Below are positions 11,660 to 21,329 of a DNA stretch of 64,000 nucleotides, one piece after another. The notes beneath the pieces were generated by a model. It was not told the origin of the DNA. It made no database searches and saw only the letters and a list, made by a program, of their open reading frames with translations. The DNA is taken from the NCBI RefSeq assembly GCF_048593235.1, contig NC_133621.1, forward strand, positions 304,987,146 to 305,051,145, given 5' to 3'. The position numbers and the translations under genes are program-made. This DNA is from Sminthopsis crassicaudata. Its lineage: Eukaryota. Positions within the stretch are counted from its first letter, which is position 1, and each line of letters begins with the position of its first letter.

Positions 11660-14600
11660 TTACAGTGGGGTCTGTAGTGGGGACAGGGCGGGGAGTGTCA
11701 GGGTAAAGGGGCAGAGAACACCCTTCCCCCCCATAGGGAAGGGCTTCAGCTGGCGAGCCTCGAACTGCGCCGTTCCCTCGGACACAGTGAAGGTGGCCGT
11801 GACCTGCTGGTTGAGGCAGTAGATGGTGTTCCCCAGGACCGCACATCGGAGTGGGATGGGCTCTGGAAGGGGCAGGGGGGCGGCCTGGCTCCAGGACCCC
11901 GTGACCGTATTGTAGCGCATCACGGCGGCGCCGACCCCGCGTAACAGGTCAAAGCGGTACAGGAAGCCGCCCAGTGCCACCATGTCGCTGGAGCGCCGGT
12001 GGCTGGCACTGTAGGGGCACTCGGCCCAGCAGTCCCGCGGGGGACTGTACTTGAGCAAGCGGTAGAAGAGGTGGCCCCCCGTGACATAGATGTCCCCCCG
12101 GCAGGCCACGGCCTCGTGGGCCACGGGAAAGGTGCCCGCGGGGAGAGGGGCCCTCGAGGTCCAGTGGTCGGTGCGAGGGTCGTAGCACTCCATGCTATAG
12201 AGACACTCCCCTCCTATGGCGTAGAGAAGCCCCTCCAGGGCCACCAGCTTCAGCTGGGCCCGGGCCTGCAGCATGGGCCGGACTTGGGTCCAGATGTCGG
12301 TCAGCGGGTTGTAGCAGAAGACCTCGTTGGTACAGACGGCCCCAGGCCCCGAGCCCCTGATGCCCCCAGCCAGGAACAGGTAGTTGTGCATGGTGCACAG
12401 GCCACAGCCCCGGAGCGGGGCCTCCTCGGGCACCAGGGCCAGGGGCAGCCACGCGTTCCTGCCAGGCTCGAACATGTGCAGGTAAGTGCGGGCCACCGGC
12501 CCCGAGGGGGCGGCCGGCGGCTCCGTCGCTTGGGACCCCCCCGCCAAGCCCAGCCGGCTCCCCCCATAGGCGCTGGGCAGCACGAGCACCCCCAGCACGG
12601 CCTGGCCTCGGGTGCTCCGGAGAGCCAGAATCCGCTCACGGTCCCCCGCGCCCAGCTGCCGGTACAGCGGGGCGTCACCCAGCACCAGCAGGAAGTTGTC
12701 GCTCATGAGGGCATACACCTCCTCGGCCAGGGCCAGCTCGCCGTGCTGCTGGGCGAAGGCCAGGGCTTCCACGCAGCTGCCCAGGTCCAGGTGCCGCCGC
12801 AGGGCCGCCACGGTGCTGGAGAGGTCTTCCGGGGGGTGGCTGGGCTTGCGCTGCCCTTCCACCGTGCCCCAGGTTCCGGGACGCCGCAGGAAGGCCATCA
12901 GCTGGCTGTCCTGGAGTTGCCTTTCGGTGAGGGGGGCTACCAGCCCCACGGGGGTCTCCCTCTGAGAGGGGACTACTGGGCTCACCTTCTGGGCCAGGCT
13001 GTCGGCCATCTGGCAGATGCTGCGTTTCCGGGGGCGGGGTGCAGGCTGGCCATCGGGCACGGCCTCTCTGGGGGCCGCCGGCTCCGGCTTCCTTTCCGGG
13101 GGGTGGCCAGGGGCCTCCGGGGGAGCTGAGGGCCTCCGGGCAACACTTTGGAGCTCTGCTTTGGCCATCCTTTTCTCCTCCACTTGGGCCCCATTCAGGC
13201 CCCTGGGGTCGCTTGGAATGGGCGCTCCTGGGGTTTCCAACTTTTCTGAAGGTGGGGGAGCTCTAACCTTGGCCTGGGGCCCCTTAACCACTCCGTTTCC
13301 CCCTGGAGTCAGCTCCCCAGTCTTGCTGCCTGGGGAGGGCACAGCGGCAGGGCTGGTCCCAGGGGCCTCCCCCGGGGGCTTCTCTGGCCTGGGGAAGGGG
13401 TGGCTCCGCAAGACCATGGAAATGAGGTTTCCCCAGCTGCCACTGGCACCCTGGGGCAGAGCTCTGACCGACTGGCCACCCGGGGTTGGGTCTAGGGCTG
13501 GAGATACTGTCGGACTTTCAACCCCCGGAGGATTCTGGGTCACAGGTGGCAGATCCTTGAGCAATGAGGCTTGGGCAATGGGAGCTGAAGGAAGGAGTTC
13601 TGGGGGTGTAAGGGCTGAGGATGGGGATCCTGAGGGTGGAGTGGCTGAGATAGGAGACCCTGAAGGTGCAGGGATTGAGGTTAAAGATCCAGAGGATCCA
13701 GGAGTTAAAGATGGGGACCCTGAGGTTGCAGAAGCTGAAATTGGGGACCCAGAGAGTGGAGAGCTTGAGGTCAGGGACCCAGAGGGTGCAAGGGTTAAAG
13801 ATGGAGACCCTGAAGGTGCAGGGGTTAAAGATGGAGACCCAGAGGGGGCAGGGGTTAAAGATGGTGGCCCTGAGGGTGCAGGAGCTAAGGTTGGGGAACC
13901 TGAGGGTACAGGGGTTAAAGATAGAGACCCAGAGGGGGCAGGGGTTAAAGATGGTGGCCCTGAGGATGCAGGAGCTAAGGTTGGGGACCCTGAGGGTGCA
14001 GTGGCTGAGGTTGGGGACCCAGAGGGTGCAAGGGTTAAAGATGGAGATCCAGAGGGTGCAGGGGTTAAAGATGGAGACCCAGAGGAGGCAGGGGTTAAAG
14101 ATGTTGGCCCTGAGGGTGCAGGAGCTAAGGTTGGGGACCCTGAGAGTGCAGGGGTTAAAGATGGGGGCCCTGAGGGTGCAGGAGCTAAGGTTGGGGGCCC
14201 TGAGGGTGCAGGGGTTAAAGATGGGGGCCCTGAGGGTGCAGGGGCTGAGGAAGATGACACCATGGATACAGGGGCTGAAGACAAGGACCCTGAAGATGTA
14301 GGAGCTGAGGTCAAGGACCCTGGAGGTACAGGGGATGAGGTTGGAGACGCTGTAGGTGTAGGGACTGAGGAGGGGGGTCCTTGGGATGCAGAGCCTACAG
14401 ATGGGGACACTTTGAGTTCAGGGACTGAGGATAGGAACTCTTTGGGTTCAGGAGCTTTGGACACAGACCCTTTGGGTGCAGGGGCTGGGGAGGTGGGTCT
14501 TTTGGGTTCATGGATTGAGGACGGGCCCCCTGTGGATGCAGGGGCCGAGGATGGGGACCCTGTGGATGTGGGGGCCGAGGATGGGGACCCTGTGGATGTG

Positions 14601-16456
14601 GGGGCAGAAGACGGGGACCCTGTGGATGTGGGGGCCGAGGACGGGGACCCGGTGGATGCAGAGGCTGGGGAGGTGGGCCCTTTGGGTACAGGAACTGAGG
14701 ATGGGGACTCTTTGGGTGAAGGAGCTGACAGGGGGGCTTTGGACAGAGACACTGTGGGTACAGGGGTTGAGGTCAAGGACCCTGAGGGTGCTGGGGCTAA
14801 GACTGGAGGCCCTTTAAGTACAGGAGCTGAGGCTAGAGAGCCTGTCAGCGCAGGGGCTGAGGTCAGAGACTCTGTGGGTGCAGGGACTGAGGCTGGAGAT
14901 TGCATGGGAGGAGGTGCTCCAGGGGCAGTGACTGAAGTTAGAGACCCTAGGGCCCTGCGGGCTCTGGGAGAAGGACCTGAGGAAGAGGATGAGCTCAACC
15001 CTGGACCCTTCTGGATAATGGGGGCGTTTTCTTGAGCCTGGATATCCCCGGCTCCTCCCTCAGTGCATGTAGGAGTATTCTCAGGCCCCTTCTTGGCCCT
15101 ACTCCCCGGCTCTGATGCAACTAGAGGCACTGAACCTGGGGAAGTGCTAGGAAGCTGGGGGTCCCGGGCTGGGCTGGCGCCCTCTGGGGAGGCAGGGGTC
15201 GGGACTGGCCCCTTCCTCCTTTCCTCGGGATCTGAAGAGACCTGGCTGGGAGCTGGGACGGCCTCTGGGGTCTCCTTCCTGATGGGCAGTGGGGACCCTT
15301 GGCCATAGCCCTCCAGCTGCCGGATCAGGGCGTTGGGGGGCCGGCTAAAACTGCTGGTTATCAGGAGTTCTCTCTCCTTCCAGGGCCACCTCTCCTCCGG
15401 GTCTGGGGCCACTGCTTGGGCGGGGGCACCCCATGCTGGAAGCTCCGTCCCCCCAGGGCTGGGCTCTCCACCTCCTGACTCACTGTCTGCTCCCCCTTGA
15501 GCAGCAGTTGGGGCTAACCCGGCTCCTGAGGAAAGGAAGAGGTGCCCTTCCCCCCCACCGCTCCTCCAGGCCGTATCTCGGGGGCTCCCAGATGGTGGGG
15601 CCCATTTCTGGTCAGGCGCAGGGCCAGCGGGAGCTTCTTCTGGAGCCGAGAATCTGGTGCCCGGGGCCTGGGGCAGGAGCCCACCGAGCAGTGGGTCCCC
15701 AGCAGCCAGGGAGCTTCCCGCATCAATGGCATCCCACACACTCACCACCGTACCCAGGCTGAAGGGATCCGGCCCCGGCCCTCGAACTCGGCTCCTGATC
15801 CTGGGACTGGGCGCCCCCTCCTGCCGCTGGCCCGAGGGCCCTCGTCCATCGTCTGGCTTCTCTCCAGGCGGGGCCGCTACCAGGAGGCTGGGCCGCCCCG
15901 GGCCCCCGAGTCCCCCCTCACTCCAGGGGTCCGGGTGCCTTGGAGTGAAATGGATCAGGAGGGGGCCTGGCCCTGGTGGAGCTCCAGCTCTGCTCTGCGG
16001 GCGAAGGGGCGCCTGGGAGCCATCTCCAGGCTGCTTTGGGGGGGCCACCCTGGAAGTTATCTTGGGTGCTCTGACCTGGGGAGCGGCCCGTGGGGCCAGG
16101 CCTCCGTCTGGGCTCCCGGGAGACTCGGGGTCTTTGGGGCCTCTGCCGGGCCGCTCCCTGGGGCTGGGCGCCGGGGGGCCTGATGGAGTCTCGGGGGCCT
16201 TGGTCTCCTGGTCCTCGGAACTGAGCCTGGCCTTTGGGGCGGGGGTCTGGACCGTCTTTCCGTCCTGGGGACTCTGAGTCGGGCCAGCCTCCAGGCTCCG
16301 CTTGTCCACGTCCTTGTCTTGCTCGGACCCGGATCCTAACCAGTGCAGGGCCAAGGCGGTGGCGGCCACCACGGCCAGCGCCAGCAGGGCCTGGGCCAGA
16401 GTCAGGGCCACCGAGTCCTCCCCATCGCCATCCGCCTCGGAGAAGCTCAGGGCCAT
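11660..16456 (-). CDS. KLHDC7B: Kelch domain-containing protein 7B, single coding exon, 1598 aa
   Basis: Uninterrupted ORF with good Kozak context (gagATGG). N-terminal hydrophobic LALAVVAATALALHWLGSG matches the long human isoform as I recall it. C-terminal BACK-like (LRRHLDLGSCVEALAFAQQHG) and kelch repeats (NYLFLAGG, LYAIGGECLYSMECYDP, IYVTGG). Syntenic position between SYCE3 and ODF3B. Confidence 0.95.
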   Translation of the reverse strand: MALSFSEADGDGEDSVALTLAQALLALAVVAATALALHWLGSGSEQDKDVDKRSLEAGPTQSPQDGKTVQTPAPKARLSSEDQETKAPETPSGPPAPSPRERPGRGPKDPESPGSPDGGLAPRAAPQVRAPKITSRVAPPKQPGDGSQAPLRPQSRAGAPPGPGPLLIHFTPRHPDPWSEGGLGGPGRPSLLVAAPPGEKPDDGRGPSGQRQEGAPSPRIRSRVRGPGPDPFSLGTVVSVWDAIDAGSSLAAGDPLLGGLLPQAPGTRFSAPEEAPAGPAPDQKWAPPSGSPRDTAWRSGGGEGHLFLSSGAGLAPTAAQGGADSESGGGEPSPGGTELPAWGAPAQAVAPDPEERWPWKERELLITSSFSRPPNALIRQLEGYGQGSPLPIRKETPEAVPAPSQVSSDPEERRKGPVPTPASPEGASPARDPQLPSTSPGSVPLVASEPGSRAKKGPENTPTCTEGGAGDIQAQENAPIIQKGPGLSSSSSSGPSPRARRALGSLTSVTAPGAPPPMQSPASVPAPTESLTSAPALTGSLASAPVLKGPPVLAPAPSGSLTSTPVPTVSLSKAPLSAPSPKESPSSVPVPKGPTSPASASTGSPSSAPTSTGSPSSAPTSTGSPSSAPTSTGSPSSAPASTGGPSSIHEPKRPTSPAPAPKGSVSKAPEPKEFLSSVPELKVSPSVGSASQGPPSSVPTPTASPTSSPVPPGSLTSAPTSSGSLSSAPVSMVSSSSAPAPSGPPSLTPAPSGPPTLAPAPSGPPSLTPALSGSPTLAPAPSGPTSLTPASSGSPSLTPAPSGSPSLTLAPSGSPTSATAPSGSPTLAPASSGPPSLTPAPSGSLSLTPVPSGSPTLAPAPSGPPSLTPAPSGSPSLTPAPSGSPSLTLAPSGSLTSSSPLSGSPISASATSGSPSLTPGSSGSLTSIPAPSGSPISATPPSGSPSSALTPPELLPSAPIAQASLLKDLPPVTQNPPGVESPTVSPALDPTPGGQSVRALPQGASGSWGNLISMVLRSHPFPRPEKPPGEAPGTSPAAVPSPGSKTGELTPGGNGVVKGPQAKVRAPPPSEKLETPGAPIPSDPRGLNGAQVEEKRMAKAELQSVARRPSAPPEAPGHPPERKPEPAAPREAVPDGQPAPRPRKRSICQMADSLAQKVSPVVPSQRETPVGLVAPLTERQLQDSQLMAFLRRPGTWGTVEGQRKPSHPPEDLSSTVAALRRHLDLGSCVEALAFAQQHGELALAEEVYALMSDNFLLVLGDAPLYRQLGAGDRERILALRSTRGQAVLGVLVLPSAYGGSRLGLAGGSQATEPPAAPSGPVARTYLHMFEPGRNAWLPLALVPEEAPLRGCGLCTMHNYLFLAGGIRGSGPGAVCTNEVFCYNPLTDIWTQVRPMLQARAQLKLVALEGLLYAIGGECLYSMECYDPRTDHWTSRAPLPAGTFPVAHEAVACRGDIYVTGGHLFYRLLKYSPPRDCWAECPYSASHRRSSDMVALGGFLYRFDLLRGVGAAVMRYNTVTGSWSQAAPLPLPEPIPLRCAVLGNTIYCLNQQVTATFTVSEGTAQFEARQLKPFPMGGKGVLCPFTLTLPALSPLQTPL
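13600..14890 (-). repeat. Coding 30-bp minisatellite (10-aa unit, about 43 copies) inside KLHDC7B
   Basis: + strand unit about GGGGTTAAAGATGGAGACCCAGAGGGTGCA; protein units SGSPSLTPAP and TGSPSSAPTS. Homogeneous sub-arrays at about 13780-14260 and 14521-14670. Confidence 0.93.
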
Positions 16457-17544
16457 CTCGCTGGGCTTAGGCCGCGGCCCCAGCAGCCTGGGAGCCCTAA
16501 AGGTGAGGGAAGCAGGGGAGCGCGGGCGGCTCAGCGGCTGTCTCCCTTATCTGTGTCTCAGACCAGCTCGGCCCGTGTGATCACAGGTGGTCTGGCAGCA
16601 GGCCCGGAGTCCCCACCAGCCCCTCCCACTGTTAAGGTGGCCCAGGGGGCAGGGAAAGGGGGGGATGACCAAGGAGGCACCGGAGACCTTGAGGGGGCTC
16701 GTGATTGGGCGGGCGCAGAGATATTTGGGATCTAGGATATGATGGGAAGTGAGGCGTGGGAAGCTTTAAGGAGAATGGGGGCACATGGGAAAGGGCTTGG
16801 GGAGGAAACTGTTAAGTTCCTGGGAGACATTATCTTAAGCTATACGATGCAGGCAGAAACCCGAGTTATCAGAAACCCGAGTCTGTGTTCCACTGGGGCA
16901 GGGGAGGGGGGCCTGGAAGGAGGAACACAAGGTCCATGCTCCCCCAGCCTCCACTTACATCATCTGAGAGCTTCTGCCTCTCACTCGGGTGCCCTGAACC
17001 CCGTTCCCCTCATGAGGATCTTATCGCCCCCCCTATCCTGCCCGGCGCGGCCGCCACGTGGTTGGAGCCACATGGCGAGAGCAAGGATGTGGGCCCACCA
17101 ACACTATCCCAACAGGGCACCCAACCCAGATGGGTTCTGGGCCTGGAGAAGGGAGAACGGGCAGGGGCAGCGGGCATCAGGGCCGGCTTCCAGGAAGATG
17201 CCCGGTCCTCCGGCCTCTGAGTTGGCAATCCCCCCTTCACTTGGCTCTCCGGCCCCCTACTCCTTCTGTCCTTCCCGCCCCCATCACCACACGGCACAGG
17301 CTACATGAGCACATTGCTGGGGCTTATTCCCAAAGGGAAGTCTGGAAACAGAGCATCAGGGGAATGTCATTCTCTGTCCCAGGTCCTGAACTTTAGCCGG
17401 ACCGCTGCTGCCTCCCCTGGATCCTGCTGGCCCAGGACCCTGAACCTGACTTCAGAGTAGCAGGGCCCTTCTGACTGCCAGCTCTGGGTCCGCCTGAGCC
17501 ATTACCATGGGGGGAGTCGCTCTGGGGAAGGGGCCCATATTCCT

Positions 17545-17695
17545 TTTTTTTTTTTTTTTCCCCCCCGAGGCTGGGGTTAATGACTTGCCCAGGTTCACAC
17601 AGCCCGGAAGTGTTAAGTGTCTGAGATCAGATTTGAACTCGGGTCCTCCTGAATTCAAGGCTGGTGCTCTATCCACTGCGCCACCTAGCTGTCCC
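17545..17695 (-). mobile_element. Young full-length WSINE1-type SINE
   Basis: T-run then SINE body (reverse: GGGACAGCTAGGTGGCGCAGTGGATAGAGCACC...GAGTTCAAATC). Perfect 17-bp TSD aaggggcccatattcct at 17528-17544 and 17696-17712. Confidence 0.92.
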
Positions 17696-18269
17696 AAGGG
17701 GCCCATATTCCTGGCCATCACCAGACCCAGTGCTGACCAGCTGCCACCTGTGGCCATAAGCCAGCAGCCCCAGGAACAGCGGGGACCCCTTCCTACCAGC
17801 ACTCAGCTCCCGGCCCAACCCCAGCAGACCCCCAGCTTCGCAGCGCCCTCTGGGAACGCAGCTACCGAGGGCCAGGAAGAGCCTGGCCAAGCTCATCAGC
17901 CCCGTCCGGTGGTCCAGCCTGAGAAACGGGTGGGATCATGAGGGAAAGGACATTCTGGAGCCCAGAAGGCTCAGGGGACCTTTGCATCTGGCTTGCTGTT
18001 GAAGCGGAGCTCCTGGAGAGAGGGGGATGGTGTTACTGTACCCTCTGTATCCCTAGCACTAGGTATATAGTAAGCACTTAACAAACGTATCCTTCATTCA
18101 TTCATTCATCTTTTCCTCTGATGCCTGAGGCAGGTGTGAATGGGGAAGAACAATCAGGAAGCTCTTGGTTGGCTAAGAGGAACCGGGGTAATTCATCAAA
18201 CCAAAGATCTTGGGTCAGATTTGCGGGGGGAGTACACGTTCTGGAGGACCTTATTTTCTCTCTCTCTCT

Positions 18270-18650
18270 TTCTTTTTATTACAGCTTTTTATTTTCAAAA
18301 CATATGCATGGATAATTTTCAATATTCACCCTTGCAAAACCTGGTGTTCCAAATTTTATCCTCCTTTCCCCCTATCTTGTCTCCTAGATGGCAAGTGATC
18401 CAATATATTAAAACATATGCAATTTTTCTATACATATTTCCCCAGTGATTATGCTGCACAAGAAAAATCAGATCAAAAAGGAAAAAAAAACGAGAAAGAA
18501 AACAAAATGCAAACAAACAACTACAAAAAGGGTGAAAATACTATGTTGTGAGCCACCCTCAGTTCCCACAGAACTCTTTCTGGGTACAGATGGCTCTCTC
18601 CCCATCACAAGACCATTGCAACTGGCCTGGCACTGTGAAGAGCCATGAAA
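18270..18650 (-). mobile_element. L1 3' end fragment
   Basis: Marsupial L1 3' UTR motif (acatatgcatggataattttc...cctagatggcaagtgatcc) shared with other copies in the window. Confidence 0.75.
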
Positions 18651-18799
18651 GACCTTATTCTCAAAGCCAAGAGACCTAGGAAGCAGGAGAAACCCAGAAA
18701 TACAGAGAAGGGAGGAGAGAGAGAGATCCAGAGGGGGATAGACAGAGGGGATCCAACGAGAATGACGCGAACAACAAATGTCGAAGAATCAGGGAGGGG

Positions 18800-20060
18800 G
18801 GGGTAGCCATGACCTCACGAGTTTATGACCTTCCAGCTGCATCCTTTCTGAGTTTGAAGAGCATCTGGATGCTGTGGTAGATAAAGCACTGATGTCTTGA
18901 ATACAGGAAGACCCATGTTCACATCCAGCTCCAGATAATTGCTAATCAGGTAACCTGAGGCAAGGCAAGTAGCTTCTGTTTGCCTCAGTTTCTTTAACTG
19001 TAGCACCTACCTCACAGGATTGTTGTGAGGACTGAGATCCTATTCGTAAATCATGGCGGACTTTAGCTGTTATTAATACTACTACTGCTCTACTGCCTTA
19101 CTTTCACCCAGAAGAGGTGTTCATGGCAGTTGGAGGCTGCAGCTGGGGGAGAAGGAACAGACAGGGCAGAGGCCAGTCTAGGAGAAGGGGAAGGATGGGG
19201 GACTAGGGATATGTTTTCTGCTGAGACTGGGGGAATCAGGATGTCATGGCCCTGACAGCAAAAGCCCCAGGAGGAGCTAGCTGAAAAAGGGTGTTGCCCC
19301 CGGAGCTGGTGACTATGAAGAGAAGAAGGCTCAGTATCCTCTGATCCCCCCCCAGTAGCCAGTAGGGCAGGGCTAAGGCACATTGGAATCCCCAGGGCTT
19401 CAGTGCCTTCCCCAGTTTAAGCCGAACCCTTCCCCTCCCTTACTCCCTTCTCTGGCCCGCTGCCTGTCCTCTGTTATCACCAGGACAATCTGGTAACCCT
19501 ACACAGGGCAGCCTCTTCTTCCAGAAAGCCTGCCAGCCTGGGGAAACCATCTGAGCCAAGAGCTGCCCCCTCCACCGCCTCCACCCCTCACCTCTCTGGG
19601 TTCTGGGATGGTAACTCTACCTGCTTTGGGGTGGCTAACCAGACCAAGCCCAGCTGGGGATTTCCGCAGCGGGGACCACGCGCTTCAAGATCTGACTCCC
19701 CATACCTTCTGCCTCCTACCTGACTTAAAAGAAAAGATCTCATATTAAGAACAGAGACTCAGCCTCTCAGCCTGCTGTGATCTGGGAAGTTCTCCCCCCC
19801 CCCCAGCTTCCCTAACTATAAAATGAAGGGGTTGAACTAGATAATCTCTAAGGACCCATCTGGCCATGGATCTATGATCGGGAAACGCTCACCCCCCCCC
19901 ACATGTAAAAGGAGAACTGAGAGGTAGGTGAGGTCCCTCACCACTATGGCAGCTACTTAACTGCCCATGAAATCTTAAAAAAGTCCCTTCTCCTCTCTAG
20001 ACCTCAGTTTCCCTAACTGTAAAAGCAGGTAAGTGGGGAAGGAGTAAGGGCTTCTCTAAC
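18800..20060. mobile_element. MIR/CORE-SINE fragments (about 18800-19085 and 19790-20060)
   Basis: CORE motifs gcctcagtttctttaactgtagc and cttccctaactataaaatgaagggg. Confidence 0.55.
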
Positions 20061-20859
20061 ATCTCTAGCTCCGACATCTGATACAACTTCAAAGTCATAA
20101 TCGTTGGAGACAAAGCAATCCTCATGGAATCTTCAATGGAATTGGAAGGAGAGAGAGAGAAGGGTGATGAAATTTGGGGGTCTGGAGAATGTCCAATACA
20201 CAGGACAGAGCCCAGCCTAAGAGGACATCTCTTCTCCCACCTCCAATTTAGAACTGGAAGAACACAAGAAGCTCCAGAACCCAGATGTCCAAGGAATCCC
20301 AAGACTCAAGGTGGAGGATGGGTATTTTTTTGGGGGGGGAGAGGAGTGTAATGAAGAGTAGAGAGGGCTAGTCAGAGTGTGACCCAAAAGGGGCAGGATA
20401 AAGAGAAGAGCATTTAAAAATATTAGAAAGAACAGAAGGCAGTTCAAATAAGCAGTCCTACCATATTGAATTTAATTTGTATTTATCCTTTGAAATTACC
20501 TTTCATTTATACTATATATCTGGCATGTATATAATTTTTCATACACTGTCTCCCCATTAGAGCTCCTCAAGAGCAAGGATTTTTTTTTTCCTTTTTTAGG
20601 ATCCAGCACTTAGGACGACGTCTGCCATGTACTAGGTGTTTAATAAATGCTGATTGACTTTTGAATGTCTGATTATAATAGAAGTTCTTTATATATGAAA
20701 ATGCTCGAGTTTGTTGAATTTTGCAAACTCATAAATAGGAAAAAACTTTCAAAATAAAATTTAATATAAAATTAGAATGTAAAATTATTAATTTTTTAAA
20801 TTTATTTTTTCCACAACAGGTGGAATTTTCTTTTTCTGTTTCTATGTGTATACATATGC

Positions 20860-21290
20860 ACATATTGTTCATTTTCAGTAATATTCAGCTCTTCATGACT
20901 CCATTTAAGGTTTTCTTGGCAAAGATATTGGAGTGATTTGCATTTAGTTCTCCTGCTCATTTTACAAATGACAAAATTGGAACAAAAAAAACGTAAGTGA
21001 TTTGTCCAGAATCACACAGCTAGTGTCTGAGGTCATATTTGAACTCAGGAAAATGTGTCTTCCTGAGATCAGGCTCGGAGATCTATCCACTGTATCGCTT
21101 AGCTACCCTATATACACATTTGTTGTTGTTGAGTCACTTTTCAATGGTGGCCACCTCTTTGTGAACCCCTTTGGGGTTTTCTTGGCAAAGGCACTAGATA
21201 AGGAACTGAGACAGATGGGGTTAAGTGACTGGCCCAAGGTGACACAGTGAGTGAGTGTCTGAGGTTTGAACTCATTTCTATTACAGGAAA
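20860..21290. mobile_element. Two Mar1-like CORE SINEs
   Basis: ggttttcttggcaaag...ggagtgatttg heads followed by CORE (aagtgact..ccaaggtgacacag). Confidence 0.65.
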
Positions 21291-21329
21291 TGACTTATAG
21301 TACTCTATATAAATGTATGGAAATGCCCA

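Noticed and set aside
13017-15035. 672-aa antisense ORF (and 211-aa and 113-aa ORFs) with EGAGVKDGDP repeats opposite KLHDC7B
   Set aside because: Mirror of the KLHDC7B coding VNTR: the Pro/Ser/Ala/Thr codons lack antisense stops in that frame. It has no independent promoter, Kozak context or domain.
16854-16882. 13-bp direct repeat cagaaacccgagt twice, upstream of KLHDC7B
   Set aside because: A tiny local duplication with no recognisable motif; not a proper ISRE spacing.
17545-17695. tRNA-like A and B boxes (also other WSINE1 copies)
   Set aside because: tRNA-derived SINE heads with CORE, A-tail and TSD; no cloverleaf, so not tRNA genes.
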